A DNA stretch of 57,237 bases, counting the filler, from Sphacelaria rigidula (lineage: Eukaryota): NCBI GenBank assembly GCA_964200075.2. It is 6 parts of 6 records of this genome, joined end to end, with 100 filler letters (N's around TTAATTAATTAA, not from the genome) between each part and the next. Parts side by side here need not be neighbours in the genome. Positions count along the whole stretch, not along the records: positions 28,671 to 38,126 come from CAXNAA020008456.1; positions 38,227 to 47,682 come from CAXNAA020008457.1; positions 47,783 to 57,237 come from CAXNAA020008458.1; 3 more parts are not named here. One strand, written 5' to 3'. Positions 36,703 to 49,323 of the stretch are shown piece by piece. Numbering within the stretch: position 1 is the stretch's first letter; every line of letters starts with the position of its first letter. The position numbers and the translations under genes are program-made. The notes beneath the pieces are model-generated. The model searched no databases and was not told where the DNA came from. It saw nothing but the letters and a program-made list of their open reading frames with translations.

Positions 36703-36922
36703 CCCCGCTCCGGTCCTGCTGTAGTGCCCAGACACCATGATGTAGCCGGCCTTCGCTTTTGCCAAACCAGCAGCCATGGCACCCACCCCAACCTCAGATA
36801 CCACCTTCATGGACATCCCTTCGTTAGGGACGACGTTCTTCATGGAGTGAATGAGGTGGATCAAGATCTCCACGGAGTGATTGTCATGATGGGAAGAAGG
36901 CCGGCTCAGCCCATCCCCGGGT
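36703..36922 (-). pseudogene. gltB: Isolated degenerate exon of glutamate synthase (GOGAT) large subunit, FMN-binding domain
   Basis: PGDGLSRPSSHHDNHSVEILIHLIHSMKN...MKVVSEVGVGAMAAGLAKAKAGYIMVSGHYSRTGA matches the conserved [24 protein letters not shown]...KLVSExGVGxxAxGVAKAxAD...SGxDGGTGA, with many conserved residues changed. Bounded by tcag| and |gtgagt. Confidence 0.85.
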
Positions 36923-37384
36923 CTGATTTGTCTATTCTGGGTGACGAACTTGACCCCCTGTTGCATAATAGTTCGGCGTATAAGCAGCACCGCCATGCTA
37001 CTGAGGGTCTATGTACATCGACAAAAAAGAACAGACGTGATCTAGGTAATGTACTTGGGACTGCTGCCGAGATACCCCCCCCCCCTGAACCGCCCAAAAA
37101 AGTGCACGGATGCGATGATCATAAACGCCGTTAGAGCTGGTTTCGTGCTGCACGACGCGACTCATTTGGACCTTATGGCCGGTTTCGGATTGCCACACAT
37201 CTCTCATGTAGGCGAAATTGCTGCAAACGAGCCCAATAGTGGGATCGCAGCCGATTTGTCGGACGGTCTCCGGTGCACTTTTTGTGGGGGTGGTATCTCG
37301 GCAACAGTCTTGGGGGTCATCGGTGGGACAGATCCGAGTGTAAAAGGAATGTATACATCATGTATGAGAGCACTACTAGCTAAT

Positions 37385-37636
37385 GAGCAGTGCTACGGTA
37401 GGGGTGCACCAATATTTTCTGAGGTTAGGCTTGTTAGGAGCCCTTTACCTCACTCAAAACACGACTTATGAAAGATGTGAGAGTACGCCAGGATTACTAT
37501 CCCAGTGTGCTAGGAATATCCCGAATGGATTTGCAAACGGGGATGCTCTGACCCATATTCTTGTGCATCTAGAATCGTTAGGAGCCCCTGAACCAGACAA
37601 GATTTTTGAAAGGGCACTCCTACCGTAGCATTGCTC
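37385..37636 (+). mobile_element. Sola-like MITE (GAG...CTC, 4-bp TSD TAAT)
   Basis: TIR gagcagtgctacggtagg / cctaccgtagcattgctc; taat on both sides; related copies at 42904 and 50975. Confidence 0.8.
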
Positions 37637-39509
37637 TAATGTACTAAGGTGTTGGCATTTCTCGCACCAGCAGTACTCTTGTTCGGTATAGCATTTTAAT
37701 CTCCGGGGTTTTCAATGCACCCATCCATGTCACACGAAAATCGGGGGATGTTGGGCACATGTCGCGGCTTATCATAGTGCAGGTTCCAACGCAATGCACT
37801 CACAAGACAGATATGGCAGGAGAATTACCTACGCGCAGAGCCCTCACCTTGGAGTCAGGCAGCTCGGCACCGGCTCTCGGCTCGGCACCCTGTGCCACCT
37901 TAATCTGAAGCTGGTCTGAGTTGGTATAGGCACTTCGAAATCACACCGCACCGTCCGGAGGTCACCTGAAAAGTATTCTCCATAGGTGGGGCGAATAAGA
38001 ACAAGAACAGAAACGAAGATAGACGAGCATGGGGCATAAGTGAAGACATACACTTCTCTTTTTTTTCCTTCACACTTCGAACCCCTCCCCTTCCTCGGGA
38101 TGAGTCCGTGGTCTCAAGGGATCAACNNNNNNNNNNNNNNNNNNNNNNNNNNNNNNNNNNNNNNNNNNNNTTAATTAATTAANNNNNNNNNNNNNNNNNN
38201 NNNNNNNNNNNNNNNNNNNNNNNNNNGGGGGGGCGTGCGATGGTATTCGCGAAATTTCACCCCAAATTCCATTAAAAGCAGAAAAGTTTATTCAAACACG
38301 CTTGTTACCGATAAATAACGTTCATTCATACTGCTTGACACCGTTTTTACCCAAACACAAGCGCACCGCGGGTGTGTTGATTCGTCTGACACATCGATGT
38401 GCCATTTTTTGTGGGATCACATCCCCCCCCCCCCTCCCCTGCCGGAGCATGACTCTCTGTCACTGTCAAGTGCCCGAGTAGTGGTGCCGTTTCTCCCTAG
38501 CTTGAAAAATTCACCGAGGGTTGGGCACAGGTGACCACAAGAGGCTGGGAGGGCAAGGTATACCTCCAGGCAAAGCTGCTTGTTTCGCATCCATGTCTTG
38601 CTTTTCCTCGCGACGAGGTTGCACACGTCGGACACATCATTATCCGTCTGAAATTACTTCCCCTCAGTGTACTGATCCAGGTCATGATCCGTACCATTTG
38701 GCCCCCCTTTTCCATGTTTGCTCCCTTTAGCGCCGGACGCCGAGCACGCCGAGTAGCGCGAAGGGTGCTTGCGCTTCGGCTTTTCTGACTCTGGGGTCGC
38801 ATATTTTCTGTTTTTGAACCTACGGACCCGAGAGTCTTTTTTGATTGGTTGTGTTACACGGATCATGATCTGTCCAACGTGTGCAAGGTTGGTAGTTGGT
38901 CGTTGGTAGTCGCAAGGGAGGTGTGTTTACCACTCGGTTGATGAAGAAATTTCTCGGAAACATTATTTCGAACTAACACTAACCTTGACCCTGATCCCAA
39001 CCCAAGGCATACCCAGAACCCTCGGGCGAGGGGTATGCAACGCGTTCCCTACCTAAGCAAAGTGTGGCGTTGGCAGACCTAAAATCGGCGGCGCGGCGCC
39101 GATTTCGACGAAAACACGGTCTGCCTAGGCTACTCGTAAGGATAGTTAGGGCTGTCAGTTCCACTAAGGATCCTAATATCGGTGTTTATACTGAAATCAA
39201 GTAATAATGAAGTTCCGGGAAGGTTCCAATCGACCAAGTGGTGGAAGCGCTACTGTTTTCGCGAGGGGGGTCCGCCCGCTTTCCCCCGGTGCATACCCGA
39301 CAATAGATTGATGGCTCGTTGAATCTACACACCCTTGCGGAGCCCGTCGCCTGTCATCGAGCTGTTGTTCTCTTGCTTTTCGTATCCTTTTCATATTCTC
39401 GCGCTGCCGACGAAGGAAACCAGCTCTTGCATTTGAAGGCAAAACTTGTCGGGATTCAGGCCTTGGAAGTCCGCCCGACCTTGTAATTAATTGTTGTGTC
39501 CACGCGTTG

Positions 39510-39933
39510 AACACGGGATCTTACAAATTGGGGATGGATCTTTCATTGGGGATGAGAACCCGGAGGATTAAAAGCTTCGTATCCACACCAAATCTTCGAA
39601 ATATGGTTCCATTTCTTCACCTGCTGATAGCTTTTGGCAACTGCCACACGCCACAGAAATTTGAATTTCGATCACCGAAATGTTGAGGTCCTGGGTGAAA
39701 AACCAATTTTGGGGAATTCCGGGTGTCCGAACGGACGCCAAAATGGTTCCGAAATTGTTTTCTCACCTAGGACCCCAACATCTCGGTGATCGAAATCCAA
39801 ATTTCTGTGGCGTGTAGCAGTTGTCAAAAGCTATCAATAGGTGAAGAAATGGAACCATATTTCGAAGATTTTAATTCTCCGGGTTTCTCATCCCCAATAA
39901 AAGATCCATCCCCACTTTGTAAGACCCCGTGTT
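39510..39933. mobile_element. Fold-back MITE family B, copy 2 (core inverted relative to 21144)
   Basis: Same AACACGGG...CCCGTGTT ends; flanks gttg/tttg. Confidence 0.88.
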
Positions 39934-39943
39934 TTTGCCGGTT

Positions 39944-40240
39944 GCCCCGGTGGCTCTGTTGGTGACCTCGAAACCTCCTGACGGTTGGGTCGTGGGTTCG
40001 AATCTCGGTGAATAAGTCACACGCGATACGCGATTTTTCCCCACACCACGCCCGACAGTGATGAGCGACCATGTCGTGGGTATATAGAAATCGACATCAC
40101 AGTCGACGAGGGAAAAGGGACCGCTGAACCCCTCTCGCGATAAAAAAATATGGCGAAAACCGCAGAAGGTGGACAATACGCCCACATATACCGAAATGTC
40201 CAGAGTGGCGTCCAGGACAGATGGGATGACATACACAGCG
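39944..40240 (+). mobile_element. tRNA-derived SINE
   Basis: Head gccccggtggctctgttgg (A-box) ... gggttcgaatctc (B-box), then a non-tRNA body shared with 54703 and 1740-2050. Confidence 0.75.
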
Positions 40241-40354
40241 TGCTTGTGTATATTGGGACGGGGCCCCAGCTGGAGGTATAACTAGTAGTGTTCAGTTGTC
40301 TAGGCCGATCAGCAGATGGTCGAATTTGAGGCAGCTGAAGCTGCGATTGAACTC

Positions 40355-40650
40355 AAAAACGTTTTCGTGAGAATGAGTACAGGATACGATCAAGAGTGAG
40401 ATGCGGTCAAGTAATGGATAAATCCTCTGAGTTCCGGAATGCCCCTCCACGCGGCCCGATACACTTTTTGTGGTAGCTTGCCACTGAAGTCCTAGAAATC
40501 CCTGAGGAGGATATTGGCGTGTAGCTGTAAGCATACACCAGTTTTACAGGCAAAGAAAGCGCACACAGAATGAAAAATTGGGCACTTGAAGCGAATGACA
40601 AAACCCACTCTCAATCAACGCTTTACTCTCAATCTCACGAAAACATCGTC
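40355..40650 (-). mobile_element. AAC...GTT MITE family A, diverged full copy
   Basis: Reverse complement of 55687-55986; flanks actc/actt. Confidence 0.8.
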
Positions 40651-42550
40651 ACTTCCAAGTTACACATCATCTTGTCCCCAGATGGAAAGATTTGTCTCAA
40701 CACTCATTGCCCTCTTGTCGGAAGACAAAAGACGCGACGAGAACGTTGCCGTGTTGAAAATTTTCGAAACAAGCAAAACATATCCTACGATCGATGGTTA
40801 CTATTTTGATGAAAATATGTGCCTACATATGCGAGCAAGCCCACGTAGTAGCCAAGCGAACCGTCTTGTACCGACAAGGTCGCATATCGCAGGAGTTCTT
40901 GTATCTCCGTCATAAGATCACCACGCACCAACAAGGTACTCTGTCCACAAAATCGTCTTTAGCTACAGTACCACCTAGTGTAGTACTATACTGTACGTAC
41001 TGACACCGTTTACTGCAGCAAGAGGAAGCATACCCACAACTTTACAAACAACTGCTCCCGCTCCCCTCTTTTGATACTTGATCTTCACTCACCCGACCCC
41101 TGATCCCCAACTGATAATGCTACACCCAAGCAGCGCCGAAGCAACACGTAAGCGCACCTTTTCTTCACCTACTTTCCCCCAGGCATGCACCACGTCGACT
41201 ATGCAGCACATCCCACGCGATACATGCAACACTACGGTGACTGGTGCCGCGATACCCCGCCCCCAGAAAAGTGGCTGGTTTCAGGAGGCAAAACCTACAT
41301 ATAAAGAATGATGACAGGCCTCACACAGCGAGCAGCTGGGAACTACTCTGAAAAAGATTGGGATCGTTTTCGCCAATGTCGCCCATATGAAGCGTCTCAT
41401 GCAGTCTGAAACCAGCTATCATGCGCTATATGACCATTTCCTTTGTTGCAGTTTTGAAACTGGTCTGAGGAGGGGGGGGGGCTACCACAGCATCACTCGG
41501 TACGCCATGATAATGAACCGCCAATTTTCCACACACAGGGATAAATCCCATCCTTCGTGCAGCGTCTGATCATCTCCATTCCGTATATATTCAAAAACCA
41601 ACGGACGCCCTGCACCCCACAACGGCAACGGGAACGGCTAGGCCGAACAAAACAAAGAATCGTGAAAACAATAACGTTGAGAGCAAGCAAAACGACCACA
41701 CGCGAGGAACAACGGGAGGTCTTTGGAGGCATGGACCCACACACACATACAAAAAATATAAAAACACTTCCACACATGAGAGTTGTGGCAAAAAGCATTA
41801 CACACCACGAAAGAAGCCCTGCTGCATCGCCACGCACGTGCTACAGAGAAACAGGAATCAATCGGCGTTCACGTCAACCCAAGACCATCACCAACCCGCC
41901 AAGGCCCTTGAAAATACACAGACTGGGATTCACACAAAATAGGAAATACACAGAACTGGAAAATACATGAGAGTCAGAAATACACAGGATTGGGCATACA
42001 CAACACCCACACTTGAGAGAAAGACCGCACACCCCAACTTCTTCAGAACAACACAATTTCCTCCGTGGCCACCCCACCCCGTTTCTACTTCGAACCCGAC
42101 ATTCTTGTCCCACCCTCTCCGCTTCTCCTCGAGTCTCTTCTATCTCCTACTTCCAAGGTAGCTCGGAAATGCTGATTATCTTCTTCCATATTTTCAATTA
42201 GAAAAACTATCCCCTCTACCACCCCCACCCGTTTCTGGTGGCTCTTACTTCGGCTCTTGAGAATATACTTCCCCCTCTCCCCTCCCTTTTTTTTCGTGTC
42301 CGTTCTAGTACAACTTGCTCTAAATCTCGATCTCAAAGCAAACGGAAAGCGTTTTCCCTCACTCGTGTCTACTCTCACGGCATCTCTCGGAAAACGCAGT
42401 TGCCAGTCTTTTTCAGCGTCTCTGCGCCCCGTCCACGGCGGGATAGACCTACGAGGCCCCCCGAGGCTCGATATTTTCTCTGTGGACTTTCACGCCATCA
42501 CGAGGGGAATTACGAGTCACTGCGGGGTGAGGTAAAAACGTTTTTCTCAG

Positions 42551-45085
42551 TCACCTGACGAAGTCCTCATGGATCTTACTGCAGGCAGACCTACACATAT
42601 ACAGCTCAAAGGCAACACATCGTCTGAACTCGAAAGCGTATAACAGCACACGCTTTGCCGAAAACGCTTCTTCAAGCGGGAGATTCGTCCGCGCTTTGAA
42701 GCGTTCAGCGGCTAATTTCACCAAATCAACAACAACAACAACAACAACAGCAACAGCAACAGCAACAAAACTGCGATAAACGTTCGGTTCCAATCAACCG
42801 TCGCTTGCATCATATCATCATCGCATATCGCAGCGGTGTTTTGGACCACAAACAAAATTCCAAAGGAAAAACTGATATGCCCACCTAATGGACCTCACAC
42901 CCTGTGTCATGCTGCGGTACGTAGGGGTTGCACATGCGGGTCCATATCTTTCTCTTTCAAGGGCTCCAAAAGTTAGGAGCTGGTACACAAGAATATGGGT
43001 CAGGACATTACCGTTTTCAGATTCATTCGGGATATCCCTAGCTCATTGGATTACAAATCATGGCGTGCTCTGACATATCTCCAGAGTCATTTTTGGGTGA
43101 GATGGAGGGCTCCTCACAATTCGAACCTCAGAAAATATTTACGCAACCCTACTGTAGCACCGCTCTTCAGAAAAATTTGCTCATGGAAAAAACACAATTC
43201 CGAAAGAAAGCCACCGCCACGGCACAGCAACCATCACCGCGCACCCGCCGCACCCCGTCCCACTGCCGCCGATCCAGCGTGCGGGCGGGGTAGGTTGGTC
43301 TGGGCACGGTACATCACCCTGGCCCACGCGCGCGGGTCCCCCCTAGGGGTCGTCCTGCGCAAGAACTCCGCGAGGTCAGCGTTGTTAATTTCCACTCGCC
43401 GCGGAGGGCGCGCCGGCGGTTCATTCTCACCGCTTCCGCTGCCGCCGCCGCTAACACCGCCACCGGCCCCACCGCCGGCGTCGCCGCCCCCCGTCCCACC
43501 TTCGGCACGTTGCCCGCCGACCGCGGTGGACAATGCGCGAGTGGCCGCTGAGGTTCCTCCGGGAACGGCCGGTGACACTGGTGGAGGGAGCGCAAGGCGT
43601 CGACGGATGTTTTTCACGTGCTCCAACGCCGGATGAGTCGGTTTTTCGTCCGCTTGTCCCTGTCCTTTGGTTTCTTCTGAGCGGGGGGGGGAGAATTGAG
43701 ATGAGGATTCGGCCGGGAGCGAGTGCGAAGATGGTGACTCCTCGTGTGTGTTATGTGAAGTGCGGATGAGGGAAAGTGGTACTGCAACGCACACGTACAC
43801 GCGCACATAGTGTTACTTCTGAAAAGTCGTGTGCTGCAAAAACGCGGATACCACGGACAAACGAGGGACAGTCGCGAACACTCACCCTTTGCGCACACCA
43901 TCGTACGAGGCTCCCCTACAGAAGACGCACATCTTTGCCATCACCGGCAAGAACAACACACACAAACCCCGCCGCGGGGGCAGCCAGCAGCGACCGCTCA
44001 AGACACACCTAGGACAGATCGCGTACAGATACTGCTTTAGTGGAACACACACACACATACACACACACACGCAGCAACAACACGAGCGACAGTGTAGCTC
44101 ATCTCCTCACCGTTACTTGTCAGCAAGTCGTCTAAGGCCCGTTTCTTGCCGGTGATCGCTGCAGGGCCCTCCACAGCCCCAGTAGCCACTGGCCCAGGGA
44201 CAGGGTCATCGGCGCCGCCAGCCAGATCCATGGGGTCGTCCGGTGCGCCGACGGCGACCTCATGGTTGGTGTTTGGCAGGCTTCCCGTCACTATGTCGAC
44301 GATGGTGTCCTGAGGCTGATCCTTGTTGGCCTGTACATTTGTTGTATTTTTGGTGCGGTTGTGTGTGTGGGTGAGTGTGGACACACACGAAAAAATAAGC
44401 GAGCTCGACAGAGCGGTGAACACACACACACACTCACACACAAAAACTCATGTGTACAGCATCATCCCTCATCATCCTAGAAGGGAGAGGGGGGAGAGAC
44501 GCACAGAGGGGGGGGGAATACCTGCAAAAATAAAATAGGTGGCGTTCACCCTTCCCGTAGAACAAGAAAGGAACACACAATTAAAAACGGTACGATCCAG
44601 GATACGGGACGTGCTATTGTAACAGCCATCCGAAAAACGAAAACCATCCACTTCGGTGAAGCACGTATTCATTCTTTCTCGATTCTCGACGTCGCGGCAC
44701 AAGCATTTCTTGCGCAATGTCATTCTCTCTGAATTCATCGATTCGAACATGAGTCCAGCCATCCCCGCATCTCCGCAACTATTCCAAAATCATCACCTGG
44801 TCTTCCTTCCTCTTCATGTTGGATGCAACCACCCCGATCCCGTGCTTCACCGCCACGCGACGAGCGAACTCGGAGGCGGCCAGCTGCTCCCGCGAAAGCC
44901 AGCCCGACTTCGCCGTGGACTCCATGTCTTCCCACCACTTGAAACTGCCCGGCGGAAGCTTCTTCGTGCCTCTTCGGATCAACCGCTTTCGCACCTTGTT
45001 TTTCCAGAGGGGAGGAAGGGAGGGGGAGGAGGCGGGGCACGGGGGGGGGGGGGGGGGCGGGCGGCGCTTCCGTCGAACTGAACAT
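42551..45085 (-). pseudogene. Possible decayed multi-exon gene of unknown type
   Basis: GC-rich, coding-like segments (44780-45085, 44110-44330, 43234-43700, 42551-42730) with some splice-like edges and stops. No recognisable domain. Confidence 0.3.
42904..43165 (-). mobile_element. Sola-like MITE, inverted diverged copy
   Basis: Reverse complement of 37385-37636 (caagaatatgggtcag...ttcgggatatccctagc...). Confidence 0.75.
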
Positions 45086-46031
45086 TGAGCTACGAACACA
45101 TTTCGAGGTAACACCGTAGGGTAACGTGACGAACGGAGGTATGCGCGCGCGCGCGCGCGTGTGTGTGTATGTGTTTAGCCTCACTTCTAACCCCTCGCCT
45201 TCGGTGGGACGGGTCTATGGTGTCGAAGAATCAAGCCACCTTCATCTCTCCCCCGGCACACGCCTCACTCTACATTGTGGTACCGGGGATTGGATCATGA
45301 CCATCAGCACTCTTGCATTGCATCGCGTTGATTGCCTGACAAGCTCAGCCAAACAATGTATTATTGCTATTGTTATTGCTACTATTATACAATACTCACG
45401 CACGTCCTGACGTTTTCACCGACAAAAAAACAGATACAATAGTTCCGAAAATGAAGTCAAAACTAGACGCATCTGGCAGGAATCGAACCGCCGTTTTTCC
45501 CGCCCTGATGATGTCACAGTTGTACCGTTTTTAATTTAGACTGCCGGGGCGTGGGGGCAGTGCAGTCTTTCATAATATAGCAGGTGACATGATAGCTACC
45601 GTGCCGTACGTACGCCGTAAACGAGGGGAAAAAAAAACACATAAACGCAGAATGGATACGAGGGCGGTATAACCCCTTTAGTGCCCGTGAGTCAGCAGGT
45701 CGATTTTTCTTTTCATCCACAGGGGGGTTCGAATCATAGTTTTGGCAAAAGAGATGACAAGTTCGTGTCACAAGGGGGATCCGGGCTGGGTAGGCCATTG
45801 CCACGCACATCGCTCATGGCGTCTCCTGGTGACGTTTGCACACCACCAGTGGCTACCCCCTGCGATCGCGCATAGACTACCGCTCGTGTAAGCGGCAATG
45901 ACAACGCCAGCAGGATGTGAGGGCGTACAGGGCCCAGTCATCCTGCTTGGTACAACGTGTGCTAGACTGCACCAAAACCCCACCATGGCCATTGAACCAT
46001 GCTAGTCTGCTGCGGTTGAAAAGGAAAATAC

Positions 46032-46833
46032 TAGGGATGTGTACGGAGGACAATCCGCTTCGCGATGCGGATTTTTTTTTCGAAACCTCACGGAGCGGAG
46101 CGGATATCCGTATGTGTATAAAATCACGGATTCTGACGGTGCGGATATCCGCCACTGAAAACGTCACGGATTATTGCGGAGGGGATATCCGCCGACGAAA
46201 ATGTCACGGTGCGGTGCGGATTTTTTTAATATGGTACGGAGCGGAGCGGATATCCGTCAGTGGGAAAACTCACGGATTTTCACGGGGCGGATATCCGCCA
46301 ATGAAAATGTCACGGATTATTGCAGAGCGGATATCCGTGGCATGGATTTTTTCACGAAGCGGATTGCCCCCCTCCGTTGAACAATCCGCACAAACCGAGG
46401 CAATTCCCCGCGGTGCACCGTCGCAGTAATCCGTGAAGCCGGTACGTTTATCCGCAAAAATGTATGGATATCCGCGGATTAATACCAAAAAGTACGAAAG
46501 TAGTTGTTATGCTTTGACTTCCAGCAGGGGGGACGGCGGATTAAATAGCGCACATGTAAGGTCGAATCCCTTGAAGAAAAAAAAATCAATCGAGAATAAT
46601 GAACAGTACATATTTGAATTTTGAATGTCACCCCACAGGACAGGGTGACGAGGGGCGGGGTGGCAGACGCGCAACAGCAGCAGCGCTAGACCCAGGACTA
46701 CGGCTATCCACAACAAAGAGCATGGAATGCATTCCTCAAGAATGACGTCAATAGCAGCAAAGTAGTTTCCAACTGAAAAGGGAGATCTTGACGCCAAGTT
46801 CGAATTTCGCCTTCCAGCTCGAGGCGCACGCTC

Positions 46834-46866
<33 letters not shown>

Positions 46867-47675
46867 TGTGTGTGTAGGGGTGGGTGGGTGAATGGGTGCG
46901 CGCGCGCGCGCGCGTGTCCGTGCAAAGCGCGGTTTGCATGTTCACAGCAGAATTTCAGAACCGTATCAGCGAAGTGCTTATCCAGAACAATATTTCTGAA
47001 CTTCGAATTCCAACTTACCCGCCATTCGGAACAATTAATCCGTGGGATTGTGTGGTTTTTCATCGATTTGGTCTGAGTGATGCTACGGAGAACCCCCGGA
47101 TGAAGTAAGGAGTATAATTTCAGAACCATATAGGCGAATCACTTGTACAGAACGATAATTTTTATACTTCGAATTCCAAGTTATCCGGCATTCAGGACAA
47201 TTTCGTCCGTGGAAATCCGTGGCTTTTCAGCGGTTTGATCTGAGATATGCTACGGAGAACGCACGGATGGTGTACGGAGTGCAGACTTTCAGAACCGTAT
47301 CGGCAAATCACTTGTACAGAAAGATATTTTTATACTTCGAATTTTGAGTTATCCGGCATTCAGAACAATTTCATCCGTGGAAATCCGTATCTTTTTAGCG
47401 GTTCGATCCGTAAGTTATGCCACGGAGGACGCATGGATTACCTACGGAGTGGATAAAACCGCACCGTAGGAAAACGTGTTTCACGGTTGCAACCGCGCAG
47501 CTGTAATCTATACGGACGGGAGCGGATTTTTTTTAATTATCACGGAGCAGAGCGGAGCGGATATCCGTACATCGGATAATTCACGGATTATTGCGGAGCG
47601 GATATCCGCCGACGAAAATGTCACGGCGCGGAGCGGATTTTTCGAATATGGTACGGAGCGGATATACGCCCCCTA
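46032..47675. mobile_element. Probable non-autonomous hAT-like element with CGGATATCCG subterminal arrays
   Basis: Starts taggg and ends cccta, with dense gcggatatccg/cacggatt motifs at 46050-46480 and 47510-47670. No convincing TSD (the contig ends 7 bp later). Confidence 0.5.
46951..47450. repeat. Three ~165-169-bp tandem units
   Basis: tttcagaacc...acttcgaatt...tccgtgg...acggag units start near 46951, 47116 and 47285. Confidence 0.8.
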
Positions 47676-48163
47676 CAAATGCNNNNNNNNNNNNNNNNNN
47701 NNNNNNNNNNNNNNNNNNNNNNNNNNTTAATTAATTAANNNNNNNNNNNNNNNNNNNNNNNNNNNNNNNNNNNNNNNNNNNNGTACCCAATACGGATCGA
47801 TGATCGTTTGCCGGGGCAGGAGCCACCCAGCAGGTCATGATGTGGAAGTGAGCGCATCTGCGTGTCCATATATACATTCACTGACGTCTCACACAGTCTG
47901 GGCCGAGGGGAGTCCGTTTTGAGGACGTATCGATAGCATTGCCCAGAATCCGTATTCACTTCGTGCGTCTGGTGCACCATGTAAAACGTGCCGCCGATCC
48001 GGGAATATGCTGTCTGTGTTGTGGTCCACCTCTGTGCCAATTTTTAGGCTCGTTCGTTCACACACGGCGGAGAAATCCACAAGCAAAGTAACGCTTGACT
48101 TGTACTGAAAATAAAGTACTAAGCCGTCAAAAGATACATGAGGTGCGTGCTCGTATGATTCTC

Positions 48164-49323
48164 CCTGTCATCCCTGTCACAAGGACAAACCTATCACAGG
48201 TACATCCTACGGGTTGCATGATCACAGGGATTTTGGCACCCTCATTTGCTGGTCAATACAGGTGACCCACAGTGGAGACGTTTGCCCACGTGTGTGCCTT
48301 GTTCAGCTCGTCAAAGGCTCACCACACGGTCTGGTGTTTGCTGCTGACCAAGGCCAAGGCAATGTTCAATTGTTTTCAACTACATTGCGCTCATGTTCTC
48401 GTGACATTGGCGGCATAAGCGGTGTACTCATGCTCCCAAATGAACGAGAAGCCGACGGAGAGAAACACGGGGGGAAAATACCCCGCCAACAATCATCCTG
48501 CTGCTTGAAGTTTTTCATGAACATGGGAAGGCTTTTGTGGTTCGGGATCGACACCCCGCTAGAAAGAGCCAGCGCGGGCGACTGTCGGTGGCCAGAACAC
48601 GCGCCACAGGTATCAGATGACACTCAAACCTGACAGGAAATGTGCCGTTGCGCCTTCTTTGTGCATTGCAAAAGAAAGCGCGTGATGAGATGCCTTGCCG
48701 CCAGAGAAAACTCGGCAAAAGTGGTGAAAAAAGTGATGGCGGCAAGGCATCTCATCACGTGCTTTCTTTTGCAGTGCGCGAAGAAGGCGCAACGGCACAT
48801 TTTCTTTCAGGTTTGGGTGTCATCTGATACCTGTGGCGCGTGTTATGGCCGTCGAAAGTCGCCCGCACTGGCTCTTTCTAGAGGGGTGTCGGTCCTGAAC
48901 CACGAAAGCCTTCCCAAGTTCATGAAAAACTTCAAGCAGCAGGATGATTGTTGGCGGGGTATTTTCCCCCCGTGTTTCTCTTCGTCGGCTTCTCGTTCAT
49001 TTGGGAGCATGAGTACACGGCTTATGTCGCCAATGTCACGAGAACATGAGAGCAATGCAGCTGAAATGCAGTTGAAAACACTTGAAAATTGCATTGGCCT
49101 TAGTCAGCAGCAAACACCAGACCGTGCGGTAAGCCTTCGACGAGCTGAACAAGCCACACACGTGAGTAAACGTCCCCACTGTCGGTCACCTGTATTGACC
49201 AGCAAATGGGGGTGCCGAAATCCCTGTGATCATGCAACCCGTAGGATGCACCTGTGAAACATAGGCGCAGGGATATCCTTGTGATAGGGTTGACAGGTTT
49301 GTCCTTGTGACAGCGATGACAGG
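48164..49323. repeat. 1.16-kb imperfect palindrome (fold-back element or inverted duplication)
   Basis: 48164-48703 is the reverse complement of 48737-49323 with scattered substitutions and indels; 33-nt loop. Confidence 0.92.

Noticed and set aside
48214..49257. Paired ORFs on opposite strands (for example 205 aa at 48640)
   Set aside because: They are mirror translations of the palindrome arms, with no domain signal.
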